DNA of 63,733 nucleotides, counting the filler, from Octopus bimaculoides (taxonomy: Eukaryota): NCBI RefSeq assembly GCF_001194135.2. It is 6 parts of 6 records of this genome, joined end to end, with 100 filler letters (N's around TTAATTAATTAA, not from the genome) between each part and the next. Parts side by side here need not be neighbours in the genome. Positions count along the whole stretch, not along the records: positions 1 to 18,851 come from NC_068992.1; positions 18,952 to 34,274 come from NC_068986.1; 4 more parts are not named here. The stretch is one strand, 5' to 3'. The notes beneath the pieces are model-generated. The model made no database searches. It was not told the origin of the DNA and saw nothing but the letters and a program-made list of their open reading frames with translations. How positions within the stretch are numbered: the first letter of the stretch is position 1; each line of letters opens with the position of its first letter. The position numbers were made by a program, and so were the translations under genes. Positions 14,462 to 26,350 of the stretch are shown here, piece by piece.

Positions 14462-15390
14462 AATCTATCAATCTACCTACCTACCTATCTATTTATCTAT
14501 CTATCTATCTGTCTGTCTCTCTGTCTGTCTGTCTGTCCATCCATCCATTCATCTCTCAATCCATCTATGCCTCCACCTCTATCAACTAATCTATCTACCA
14601 ATTTTTCCAGTCATCTGCTCATCTATCCATCCATCCATCCATCCATCCATCCATCCATCCATCCACTAACACAACTCTGTTAACCCATCTATCCATCTGT
14701 CTGTTTATGACAAACATAAAGCTTTTATACAAAGTAGATGCTCAAACAATCCAAGCTGCCTAGAATTTATGGATGCCATTAATGAATATTCCGTTTAAAG
14801 TTGTACAAACCATATAACACACAAACGTGCTGTGACTGTTTGCAAATAAACCAAGCATAGTTCACAGAGGCCTAGGAATGAAACATGCATGAAAAACACT
14901 TTTATATGCTGCTTATTGACATCCATACAAGTCCTTACATGCTTAGATAAATTCTAGTTATCACATGTAGAACCTGTATTTAACTTGTATGTCAAATACG
15001 ATGAAAGCTGGACACTCAGATCCAACGACGGCAGAAGTGGATGAGGGAAAATAAATCGTTTTTGATATAAAATATGTTACTCAGGTTAACCAATTCCAGT
15101 TGTTGCTGTTTAATCCCTGATCAATCCTGGTTGAACAGACATATGATCAAAAGGTGCTTTTCAGCAATGGCTGTCACATTTTGTTTGCCGTGTGATATCT
15201 TAGTACTACATTAGCTAAAGTTTCTTTCCCACTTTACAAGTTAATATAGTGGGGTGATTTAGTTACTGTTTCCATATACACACCCGAACATACATATATA
15301 TTTGCATAAACACACATGCACACACAGACACGTACACATGTGTGCAAGAACGTATGTACATGAAGGTGTGTGTATATTTATGTATGTATA

Positions 15391-15439
<49 letters not shown>

Positions 15440-16164
15440 NNNNNNNNNNNNNNNNNNNNNNNNNNNNNNNNNNNNNNNNNNNNNNNNNNNNNNNNNNNNN
15501 NNNNNNNNNNNNNNNNNNNNNNNNNNNNNNNNNNNNNNNNNNNNNNNNNNNNNNNNNNNNNNNNNNNNNNNNNNNNNNNNNNNNNNNNNNNNNNNNNNNN
15601 NNNNNNNNNNNNNNNNNNNNNNNNNNNNNNNNNNNNNNNNNNNNNNNNNNNNNNNNNNNNNNNNNNNNNNNNNNNNNNNNNNNNNNNNNNNNNNNNNNNN
15701 NNNNNNNNNNNNNNNNNNNNNNNNNNNNNNNNNNNNNNNNNNNNNNNNNNNNNNNNNNNNNNNNNNNNNNNNNNNNNNNNNNNNNNNNNNNNNNNNNNNN
15801 NNNNNNNNNNNNNNNNNNNNNNNNNNNNNNNNNNNNNNNNNNNNNNNNNNNNNNNNNNNNNNNNNNNNNNNNNNNNNNNNNNNNNNNNNNNNNNNNNNNN
15901 NNNNNNNNNNNNNNNNNNNNNNNNNNNNNNNNNNNNNNNNNNNNNNNNNNNNNNNNNNNNNNNNNNNNNNNNNNNNNNNNNNNNNNNNNNNNNNNNNNNN
16001 NNNNNNNNNNNNNNNNNNNNNNNNNNNNNNNNNNNNNNNNNNNNNNNNNNNNNNNNNNNNNNNNNNNNNNNNNNNNNNNNNNNNNNNNNNNNNNNNNNNN
16101 NNNNNNNNNNNNNNATATATATATATATACACACACACACACACGCAGAAATGTATGTATGTGT

Positions 16165-16201
<37 letters not shown>

Positions 16202-16772
16202 TTGTGTGTGTATAAACATGTATGTATGTGCATGTTTGCGATAGAGTGCTTGGCGACGTTTTAAAATTAATTCGTACAACACACATTAGTAACATGTTTA
16301 ATTCAAGCTGAAGGATGCTCATGTGTAACAATCCATCCATCCATTCACTCTACTGTACATCGGTTATAATGGCGTTAACATCCTTTTCACAGCAGCAATG
16401 GAATACATATGGTTTTAGGTTACCAAATTATAATATTCATTTATGTTTGGACAGGTTTTTAGTTGTCAGTAGAAATATCAAGAGAAAGCTGAGACTTAGT
16501 GAAACGACTGTTCCAATATTTGCTTTGGAGAAAGCATCACTAACGTACATCAGTTAAGTAATTCTAGTCACATATTTTAGAAGAACGAAAGCGAAGAATG
16601 GTTTATTTATTTATTTTATTTACTGCTTCTTTCTTTTTATTTATTTATTCTTTTTTTTTGTTTCCTCATAAATGCTTGTATAGTGTGATATGCGAAGAGT
16701 TCTTTAGAATAGGATTTGAAAACATACTTAGTATGTGTATGTGTGTGCATGTATAATTATATATACATGTAC

Positions 16773-16822
<50 letters not shown>

Positions 16823-17056
16823 CGGGTCTCTGGTGTTCGACAGGATGACTTAGTTGTTTGATCGAACGAGTTATCTGCCCCTGAATTAGCACATAATAGC
16901 TGAGAAGAATTCTCTCGGGCAGTGTGTATGACTCCGAGTGACAGGGCTTCTTAAACCTTTTGAACCACAGGTTCAATCTACTCAGACCCAGCCTACAGTC
17001 ATCCATACAGGTTCTATCTGCCTAATTTTAGCTGCAAGACATAGATTCGATTGAGG

Positions 17057-17097
<41 letters not shown>

Positions 17098-17201
17098 AGC
17101 CGCCATGCTTGATCATTTAATCCACCACTTCTATCTTATTATCTCTCTTTTTATTTCTGTCTCCTTTTATTCTCCCTCAGTTTATTTTCTCATATTCCTC
17201 C

Positions 17202-17228
17202 CAGCTGAAGAGCGTAGGCTCGAAACGT
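17202..17228 (+). ncRNA. Degenerate short hammerhead-like motif (GAAGAG-loop-CTCGAAACGT family)
   Basis: cagctgaagagcgtaggctcgaaacgt; homologous to 24241-24277(-), 48133-48159(+) and 60992-61018(+). Confidence 0.5.
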
Positions 17229-17470
17229 AAAAGTCTTTCTCACTTTCCTGAGCGCCAAACTAATACACCTGCTTGTTGTTCATACACCTGTCTTCGTTTT
17301 TTGTTTTTCTGTAAATTTCAACTATGTGTGTGTATGTATGTATGTATGTATGTATGTATGTATGTATATATATATANNNNNNNNNNTGAATATCCATAAG
17401 TCAGGAAAAAGATGCACTCGTATATCTGTAAATAGAGTGGGTATATCATCCGAAGTGCACAGTATTAAAT

Positions 17471-17574
17471 GTATCCGTGACAACTGATCTTACCAATCAG
17501 TTTCGCGCTAGGGGTTCACCGGAGTGTTAGGTAGCAATCCGATTATATAACCCTACGCTCATCAGATATGGAAT
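17471..17574 (-). ncRNA. Type I hammerhead ribozyme candidate
   Basis: The minus strand reads CUGAUGA, then helix II GCGUAGGG/CCCUAGCGC (one bulge), GAAA, and helix III ACUGAU/AUCAGU closing a 7-nt loop. Helix I is only partly paired. Confidence 0.65.
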
Positions 17575-18895
17575 GAAATAGGGCGACTGCTCTCTATTGT
17601 TGGAGGTGAAAGGATACATCCAATTTGCGGTTGCTGTGAAAGGATGATGAAACGAACCGGGTAGGGGATTTAGTTAAGAGTTCTATATTAATATTTAACA
17701 AAAGCAACAGAGTGGCTCAAGGTCCGAGTGTTTCTTACGTTGGCATTTACCAAACTAGTACGAGTTGAAGGCCTGCGTGTTTGTGTGTGTGTTTGTGTGT
17801 GTATATGTGTGTGTGTGTGTGCGTGAATATGTGTATATATTACTTATTAACTGGTTGATTTGGCTCTGTGCTACTTAGAGTTACATAAGCTTGTCCATCA
17901 AACCTAACGCGTCAGGCCCAGGTGAGCTAGGTTCAGTGAATGAGCACAAATAATTTATGTAACTCCGACCGAATGTGTTGTGTGCCACTTTCTTTCGTTT
18001 GTACGTATATATGTTAAGACCTTGACTAGAATTAGGAAACCTCCACTTGGGATGGCCACTGTTGGAACGTCTTTAATCATAAATCTTCTTGATTAGGACT
18101 GTCCTTGGGCTTAAATAACAACAACAACAACACTAAGAATTCACAGTTTTAAAATTTGAACCCATTATGTCGATAAAGTTTGTTTTTAATTATTGCTTTT
18201 TGATGAGATTTAACATAGATTAAGACAGATTAACATGGATTTAAAAATCAAGTTTGACATGTAAACTAGGAGCTGTCATAGTCGTTATTGCTCTGCAGTA
18301 AATAGCCTGAAGCATTTAGTTAGAGATTTTTACGAAGTGAGAACCGATTTCACGGATGTCAACTTCACCAGTCGTTCTTCCGGGGTTGATAAGAAATAAT
18401 ACACTAACCATGTACAGGCGTGGATGGGTAGTTAAGGAGCTTGCTTCTAAACCATATGGGGCTGGGTTCAGTTTGACTGAACGGCACTTGCGGCAAGTGT
18501 CTCCTGTTATAGTTCTAGGGCTGATTAAAACTTTGGGAGTGGAATTGGTGTCGCGGTATGAAACTGAATCCGAAATCTTGCTGGAAAGCGATCTTCTTCA
18601 CTGTGTGTGTGTGTGCGTATGTATGTATTTATATACATACATGTGTATGTATGTATATGTACATGCATGTATGTTCATGTTTGTATGTATGTATGTATGT
18701 ATGTATGTATGTATGTATGGATGGATGGATGTATAGATGGAGGTACACATTCAGAGAAAGAACGAGCAGACTCTCCTGCTTTGTTTTTTTCTAAGTCCTG
18801 CTGCTTTTATATATCATACTGATTATATATATAATGTATGTATATATATATNNNNNNNNNNNNNNNNNNNNNNNNNNNNNNNNNNNNNNNNNNNN

Positions 18896-18907
18896 TTAAT
18901 TAATTAA
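18896..18907. other. Artificial scaffolding linker TTAATTAATTAA between N runs (also 34319, 36309, 57306, 62560)
   Basis: An identical 12-mer sits in a 100-bp N44-linker-N44 block five times, and it contains stop codons in all six frames. Confidence 0.9.
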
Positions 18908-19295
18908 NNNNNNNNNNNNNNNNNNNNNNNNNNNNNNNNNNNNNNNNNNNNATGTATGTATGTATATATGTATGCATGTATGTATGTATGCATGTATATA
19001 TAGAACTCGCATTCCACCCAATGAAGCGCCCACAGTTGTTGCTGAAAAATATTTAGGTGTAGTTATAAAAAATAATTTTGCATAATGGCATATGAATACA
19101 AAACTCACCAACTTAAAGCCAGTGTGTGGTGCAAAAGCGAATGTTGCGATCTATTATTAAAGCCTGGTATCCTCCATCCTAGTGTTACATAATATACATA
19201 TATATAATATATATGTATAATATATACATTATGCATACATACACTCATATACACACATGCACGCACGCACACACACACACACATACACACACACG

Positions 19296-19340
<45 letters not shown>

Positions 19341-19344
<4 letters not shown>

Positions 19345-20698
19345 TTCTATTCGTTTCAGTCATACAGTTGCGGTAATGCTGGAACACCATCATGATTTTG
19401 CAACTTTACTAACCATTTCCCTTCGGCTGTTTTGCTAATTAGTGGTGGGGTTTCATATCACCACTCCTGTATGTCTATTTGTCCCGGATGTTGGCTCATT
19501 TGATATATAACGGAGGTTGATTCCGCTGCCATCGTCTAAACTTTATGCCGGGCCGAGGAGGATGTTTAGTTCCTTTTCTGAAGACATAAGACATTGTATA
19601 TATTTTGTAATTTTGTGGTAGAGCGTTGAAGGCCTTTGAACCCTAAACTGTTGCAGTACCTGGTCCTGAATTTAGATGGAGTGGACAATACAACGGTACA
19701 ATACAATGACATCCAGTTCTGACATTTGTATAACACTCAATGCCGAAATTAGCTGCAAGCCCTCCCAGAATTTTCTACTTATAGATTATTACATATTTGT
19801 CGCGTCTTCGCTCCAGGTAGTAAAGTTATATTTTTTTCAGCATCTGCCTGTAGCTCATCTGCTGCACTGTTTCGATTTTTTTTAGTGTAGTGGCGTTGGA
19901 CTGCTCCAAGATCCACTATTAGTTTGGCACAATGTGGTGACCATAGTTGAGAGCAGGTGTTCAGGTGGTTGAGAACAAAGGTTCTCCAAAGGGCCAACAT
20001 AACTTCTTGGTCTCTTGTCTTGAAGGACCTTAGTGTCCATCCTTTCAGCTGTCTGCAATTTGCTGCCATCGTAGTAATGTGCATATGAAGTGAGCATCAT
20101 TGCAGATATTGATCCCAAAGTGATTCTTGGATGGTAGCGCCTTTGAGTCCTGTATATGCATGCTGTAGTGCATTTGTGAATCGATAATGCAGTGCTTGAA
20201 ATTTTCCAGCATTAAATTGCATGTAGTTTACTTCAGCCCACTTGCACCTGGCATTCAGGTCCCGCTGTAAGCTTGCGACGTCATTTGCATATTTTATTGC
20301 CTATGTTAATTTTGTATCATCGGCGCAGCTAGTGACACTGGCTGTGTGAGTGACCATGGACATGTCTAAGAGAGCTATTGGTCCCAAGCAGTAATGGTCC
20401 CAAGACAGTTTCCTGGGGGAATTTGAGTTTCCTTAGGGAGGGCAGCATTGGCTGCAACTGCTTGGCTTCTGACTTTAAAAAGAATCATGTAGCCACTTTC
20501 ACAGTTTACCAGAAATGCCAGGGTCTCGCTGCTTGAGATATATCATACCATGATCTACCTTATAAAAAGCCTTTGCGAAGCCAAGATATATCACATTGAC
20601 CTTTGAATGATCAAGCAGCTGTTTCAAAACCCAGTCATAGTGCTGTAAGATCTGTGTGAGGCAACTTCCTTCTGGACGGAAGCCATGTTGTGTGTAAC
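19341..20698 (-). mobile_element. CR1-like LINE, RT domain to 3' tail (decayed)
   Basis: QHGFRPEGSCLTQIL, IYLGFAKAFYKVDHG, PQETVLGPLL, ADDTKI and GWTLRSFKTRDQEVMLALWRTFVLNHLNTCSQLWSP...AVQRHYTK. Confidence 0.9.
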
Positions 20699-20822
20699 AA
20701 CGTGCGTACGCGTAAATATATATGTATATGTATGTATGTATGTATGTATGGATGGATGGATGGATGGATGGATGGATGGATGGGTGGGTGAATGGATGCA
20801 TGCATGCATGTATGTATGTATG

Positions 20823-20853
<31 letters not shown>

Positions 20854-21030
20854 GCATGTGTGATTTTTCTATGAGTTTTGTTAAGTTCTTGAGAGTATTC
20901 AAACCAGTCGCTAACAAAGCGAACAGACTTTTTGAGTTAAGAGAGTTTCCGGTTTTGGGTGTGTACATCTATTCACATAAGAAACTCAGATGGACAATTT
21001 TTGGAATATCATACATATATTACATATATT

Positions 21031-21351
21031 ACTGTGCCACTAACAGATTGGATTTGAAGAATCCGCATCAGTTTCTATTGCTCTCTTTTCATGAAACCAA
21101 GTATTTCTAGGATTTTGTGCCAACTTGTTCGTACATAATCTAATGTACCTATGATGTCAGGTACAAATGGGAATTCATAGTCAGAGTAAAGGAGTTGTTA
21201 GTTCTGCATTAATTCGCCATAAATGTTCTCTGTTTGCTGGACTTTTGATTGTACATTCACATCCGCTGGGCAGCTGACCTCTACAACAGTGTATGACTTT
21301 TATTCCTTATCCCACAGAATAATATCAGGTTTTTATTGGGATGTTCCATCA

Positions 21352-21354
<3 letters not shown>
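21031..21354 (-). mobile_element. RLE-type LINE 3' fragment, copy 1
   Basis: KPDIILWDKE...VVEVSCPADVNVQSKV...ENIYGELM...LLYSDYEFPFVPDIIGTLDYV...LQIQSVSGTV. Confidence 0.75.
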
Positions 21355-21401
<47 letters not shown>

Positions 21402-21490
21402 GTGTGTGTGCGCGTGTGTTTTGTTTTATGTATGTTTTCTAGTGCATATAGCTGCATGTCTAGACATGCTCATATATATACTTACACTAT

Positions 21491-21748
21491 AAATTTCTGG
21501 AAAGTTTTACAGATATTTACACTTCCAGTGACGGTTTGGATCTGTAGTCTTCAAATAAGATTGGTACTTAGGCAGTGTGTTACATATTCCAGTGCCCCAA
21601 TAATTACAGGTATAAACCTGAATTTGTAATATGAATAGAGTAACAGTAGATTTTTCAATAGTTTAGCGTAGGTATTTTCTTTTTCACTGATTTTTAACTT
21701 TATAGTAACATCTGCTGGGCAGCTGATTTCCACAACTGTACACAGTTG
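21491..21748 (-). mobile_element. RLE-type LINE 3' fragment, copy 2
   Basis: CTVVEISCPADVTIKLKISEKENTYAKLLKNLLLLYSYYKFRFIPVIIGALEYV...LQIQTVTGSVNICKTFQKF. Confidence 0.8.
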
Positions 21749-23017
21749 TATGTATGTATGTATGTATGTATGTATGTATGTATGTATGTATGTATGTATG
21801 TATGTACGTATGTTTAAACTATAAAGCTTCATATTTCTTCATATTTCGTTATTTCGAGTTTTAAATCCACCATCTTCGGACAAAATTTGATACTGCTAAT
21901 ATGAATATTCAACAGAAAATAAAACAGATTTCTTCCTTCACACATTTGATTGGTTGCATGTATGAAAAGAAAAAAATAATAATAAATACGTACAGAACGC
22001 TATCATTTGACTAAGTTAATAGTTATGTGAGGTTAAAGACGCTTATAAAATGACATTTACATTGAAATACTATAAAAATATTTAGATATAGAGGAGCGTA
22101 AAAGAATTAAAGAAATAAGGAAAGTAAACGCTAGAACGAAAGTGAGAGGGCGAGAAGGAAAAAGGGGAATAGAGAACCGTTGGCTTTTAACGCTCATAGG
22201 ATTCTATTCATTCATAAACTTGTTAACAGTTTGCAACACCCAACTTGGAAAGTAATGAAAAAGTGATAAGTAATTGAAAAACAAAATAAAACCAAGGATG
22301 AAAGCGAGAAGAAGAAGAAGAAGAAGAAGAAGAAGAAGAAGAAGAAGAAGAAGAAGAAGAAGAAGAAGAAGAAACCCAGTGAAAGGAAAAGACAAGTATC
22401 AGAGTGAAAAAATATGTACTGGAGTAGATTTGTTCAATTAAACTCTTCAAGCTGCTGCACCAGTATGGCCACAGTCCAATAGCAAAAAAGTAAAAGATAA
22501 AAAAAAAAAACAGATAGGTAACAGAAAAATGACAGACTCGCTAGAACAACAAGTAAAATACATTGTGGTTTGGTTACGTATCTGCACGTACTAAGATCAA
22601 ATCGACTTTGCTTTCCATTACTTTCCAGGTCAATGAAATAATAAGTAGCGATCGATTAAAATACGTAGAGGTGAGTCGATATAATCGACACTAGTCATAA
22701 AAATCGGTGCCCCAGCTTGACCAGATTCTAATAAGTGAATGCAATAAGGATATAAAACAAGAGGGTAATAGGCTTCATTTATATTCTGCCACTTATCGGA
22801 TTTTTTTTTCTCTCATTGACTAATCCTCGTAATTATCACTTACTAAAGCACACTTAACTATTCAATATCATTTATGTATGAGGTCTTTTGTTATTAGGGT
22901 CTGTGTGGTGTGAGTGACAACGAGAGGACAGGCCAAAATATGCATATGAATGCATGTATCTCTCTTTCTCTCTCTGTCTCCCACTCGCATTGATATACAT
23001 ACATCATACATACATAA

Positions 23018-23077
<60 letters not shown>

Positions 23078-23087
23078 GTATATACAT

Positions 23088-23118
<31 letters not shown>

Positions 23119-23257
23119 CACACACACATATACACGTATGTATATGTAAATTTTGTGTGCGTGCATTGTGTATGTGCCCACCATTGTACAGCAATAGCCC
23201 TGGGAAAAACGAATGGTCATATACACGCGTGCGTACACAAACATGTGTGTGTATGCT

Positions 23258-23300
<43 letters not shown>

Positions 23301-24240
23301 NNNNNNNNNNNNNNNNNNNNNNNNNNNNNNNNNNNNNNNNNNNNNNNNNNNNNNNNNNNNNNNNNNNNNNNNNNNNNNNNNNNNNNNNNNNNNNNNNNNN
23401 NNNNNNNNNNNNNNNNNNNNNNNNNNNNNNNNNNNNNNNNNNNNNNNNNNNNNNNNNNNNNNNNNNNNNNNNNNNNNNNNNNNNNNNNNNNNNNNNNNNN
23501 NNNNNNNNNNNNNNNNNNNNNNNNNNNNNNNNNNNNNNNNNNNNNNNNNNNNNNNNNNNNNNNNNNNNNNNNNNNNNNNNNNNNNNNNNNNNNNNNNNNN
23601 NNNNNNNNNNNNNNNNNNNNNNNNNNNNNNNNNNNNNNNNNNNNNNNNNNNNNNNNNNNNNNNNNNNNNNNNNNNNNNNNNNNNNNNNNNNNNNNNNNNN
23701 NNNNNNNNNNNNNNNNNNNNNNNNNNNNNNNNNNNNNNNNNNNNNNNNNNNNNNNNNNNNNNNNNNNNNNNNNNNNNNNNNNNNNNNNNNNNNNNNNNNN
23801 NNNNNNNNNNNNNNNNNNNNNNNNNNNNNNNNNNNNNNNNNNNNNNNNNNNNNNNNNNNNNNNNNNNNNNNNNNNNNNNNNNNNNNNNNNNNNNNNNNNN
23901 NNNNNNNNNNNNNNNNNNNNNNNNNNNNNNNNNNNNNNNNNNNNNNNNNNNNNNNNNNNNNNNNNNNNNNNNNNNNNNNNNNNNNNNNNNNNNNNNNNNN
24001 NNNNNNNNNNNNNNNNNNNNNNNNNNNNNNNNNNNNNNNNNNNNNNNNNNNNNNNNNNNNNNNNNNNNNNNNNNNNNNNNNNNNNNNNNNNNNNNNNNNA
24101 TATATATATATATATATATATACATACATATACAAATGTACAATATCAAATGTACAAAAAACAGAAGTGGGTGAGGGAACAACAAGCACCTGTATTAGTT
24201 TAGTTTGACGTTCTGGAAAATGTCTTGGAAAATGGAAAAG

Positions 24241-24277
24241 TCTTTGACGTTTTGAGCCTACGCTCTTCGACAGAAAA
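24241..24277 (-). ncRNA. Degenerate short hammerhead-like motif
   Basis: The minus strand reads cuuu CUGUCGA A GAG cguagg CUC AAAA CGUC aaag. Helix I (cuuu/aaag) is intact, but two core positions are mutated. Confidence 0.5.
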
Positions 24278-24496
24278 GGATGAGAAAAAAATTAAGAACG
24301 GGGAAAAAAAACAGAGAGAGAAAAACAACGTTTGCACATGTTATATATATATATATGTTTGCACATGTTTTATATATATATATTCAGATGAATATGGTAC
24401 TTAAGTTGAGGCACCAGAATTTAGTACGGTATTATCCATACAATTTCAAAATAAGGTGATTAAGATCAAAATAAGCAACAAGGATATCCAAAGGTA

Positions 24497-24584
24497 ATGC
24501 AGTACGATCGTTTCACGCAGCCTCATTTAATTAAACAATGTAACCATTATATCAATTTAAATGCAGAGCAATCTTCAGCTGCAC
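24497..24584 (-). ncRNA. Type I hammerhead ribozyme candidate with palindromic helix III (CGAUCG)
   Basis: gUGCAG CUGAAGA [long AU-rich hairpin] GAAA CGAUCG UA CUGCAu. Helix I is UGCAG/CUGCA and the cleavage triplet is GUA. A partial second copy at 36365-36398 has CUGAUGA. Confidence 0.7.
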
Positions 24585-24719
24585 AAGGGCATATAATTAA
24601 ATTAAAACAGATGGACACATTAGTATAAAGAGATACACAAAGAGATACACAAGAGATACACAAAGAACAGGCTGCCTTCACTTCAGCTTAGAAGCTACTA
24701 AGGTATCAGGAAGAAATAC

Positions 24720-25887
24720 TTGTTACAGATTTTGCTTGTCACTGTTTTATGGGGTCAGTTTTAATTTATAGACTAGTTTTTTCAAATCCTCGTATATGTA
24801 AGGCCGAGAGAACAAGAGGTAGTGTCTGTTAGGGGTAGGGCTGAGAGAGTTGACAGAAATCATAGTGGGTATAGTCATAAAATAAATCAAGATTTATTAG
24901 AAGCAATATCATGAGATTTGGTAAAGGAAAACTTAACTCAAGATGTTAGCTGACAATTAAGGGGGCCGGCCACTAGCAGACCATTGATAATGAAACAGGG
25001 GAAATCTTATCAATTACTACTATAGTTAAATATTTTAAACAATATTGCTATATTGTATAAAGTTAAAGTTTAGGGTTATTCAGAGGATTATTAAAAAGAA
25101 TATTGTAACAAAAAGATAAAAAGTTTTTTTAATACTATTGAGTATATACCAAACTTTTACCACAATAGAGGGAGGAAAAGAAATTATCTAGAAATAGCTT
25201 AATATTTATACGTATTATATACTTAAATACTAACTTATCACATGGTAACTGTGAATATTGATCAATTGGTATATACTGGTATTTAATAAAGGAGTACTGA
25301 GGTAAAAGAACATGCTAACTATATATTAATTAAATTATAATCTAAGCAGTTTATTATAAGTAGTAAATATACCAGTAGTTTTTAATATAAGCTAAGTATG
25401 AATTTATAGAGGTACAAAAATTAGATTTATTTTATAAATAAATAAAGGCTATTATAAAATAATAAAGAAATAAAATAATCAGGTAGGGCAGAAACACCAT
25501 AGAAAAGGAATAGAATAGCTTAATCACTAAAAACATGATAAAGTATATGTAGCTTATTAACAACAATAGAGAAGATATATAGAAAATGTATAATAATTCA
25601 AAATATATTATGCTAAAAATTATATATTTACTTATTTAGCTAGTATCGATAAAGACTGATACCTGGAATATTTAAGTTATAGGACATTCTAATTTTACAC
25701 TATTTTTTTTTAAACTAAGGGTTATATTATAGGTTTAAGAAGTTATTATTGTTACTCCATACATGATATTTATAGTTACTTAGGGGTACTTAATTAGAAG
25801 GGCTACATATATATAAGGATAATCACGGTGGTGCACCAGCATGACCGCAGCCACTTGGCTGAAACACATAAATAAATAAATAAATAT
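24720..25887 (+). mobile_element. Heavily decayed CR1-like LINE (RT to tail)
   Basis: Residual motifs are RAERVDRN (~KAFDKVDH) and TTIEGGKEI. It ends in ggtggtgcaccagcatgaccgcagcc...gctgaaacac(ataa)n, the same tail as the CR1 at 19341. Confidence 0.5.
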
Positions 25888-25899
25888 ATAAAGGCCCTT

Positions 25900-26350
25900 A
25901 TACTAAGATCAGGAGTTTAGAGCTCTTTAAGAAAGGGATAAATTTCTAAAGATCATTTCAAACAATATTGCCATATTGTATATAAAGTTAAAATTTAGGG
26001 TAGTCAAGAAGATTATTCAGAATGATACTATAACAAAAGGATAAAACTTTTTTGAATACTTCTGAGTATATACCATATTTTACCACAATAGAGGGAGGAA
26101 AAGAAAATTACATAGAAATAGTTTAATATTTATACTTATTATTTATCTAAATATTAACTTATTAGATGGTATCTATGGAGGTTGTTCAATTGAATTTAAC
26201 TGGTATATAATAAAGGAGCACTGAGGCTAAAGAACATGTTAACTATATACTAATTTAATTAAATTGAATTATTTTAAGTTGTGGGGATACCGGTATTGTC
26301 TTATATAAGCTAAGTATGAATTAATAGGGGTACAAAGACTAGATTTATTA
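25900..26350 (+). mobile_element. Second tandem decayed CR1-like copy, cut off by mariner
   Basis: Collinear with about 25035-25440. Residual motifs across frameshifts are MLTIY, KLNYFKLWG and ELIGVQR (~VMLTLW, KLDYCSQLWSP, ELEAVQR). Confidence 0.5.

Noticed and set aside
24720-26350. Possible mitochondrial insertion (NUMT)
   Set aside because: TAA stops remain under the invertebrate mitochondrial code and no mitochondrial protein motif is present. CR1-like motifs and the LINE tail explain it better.
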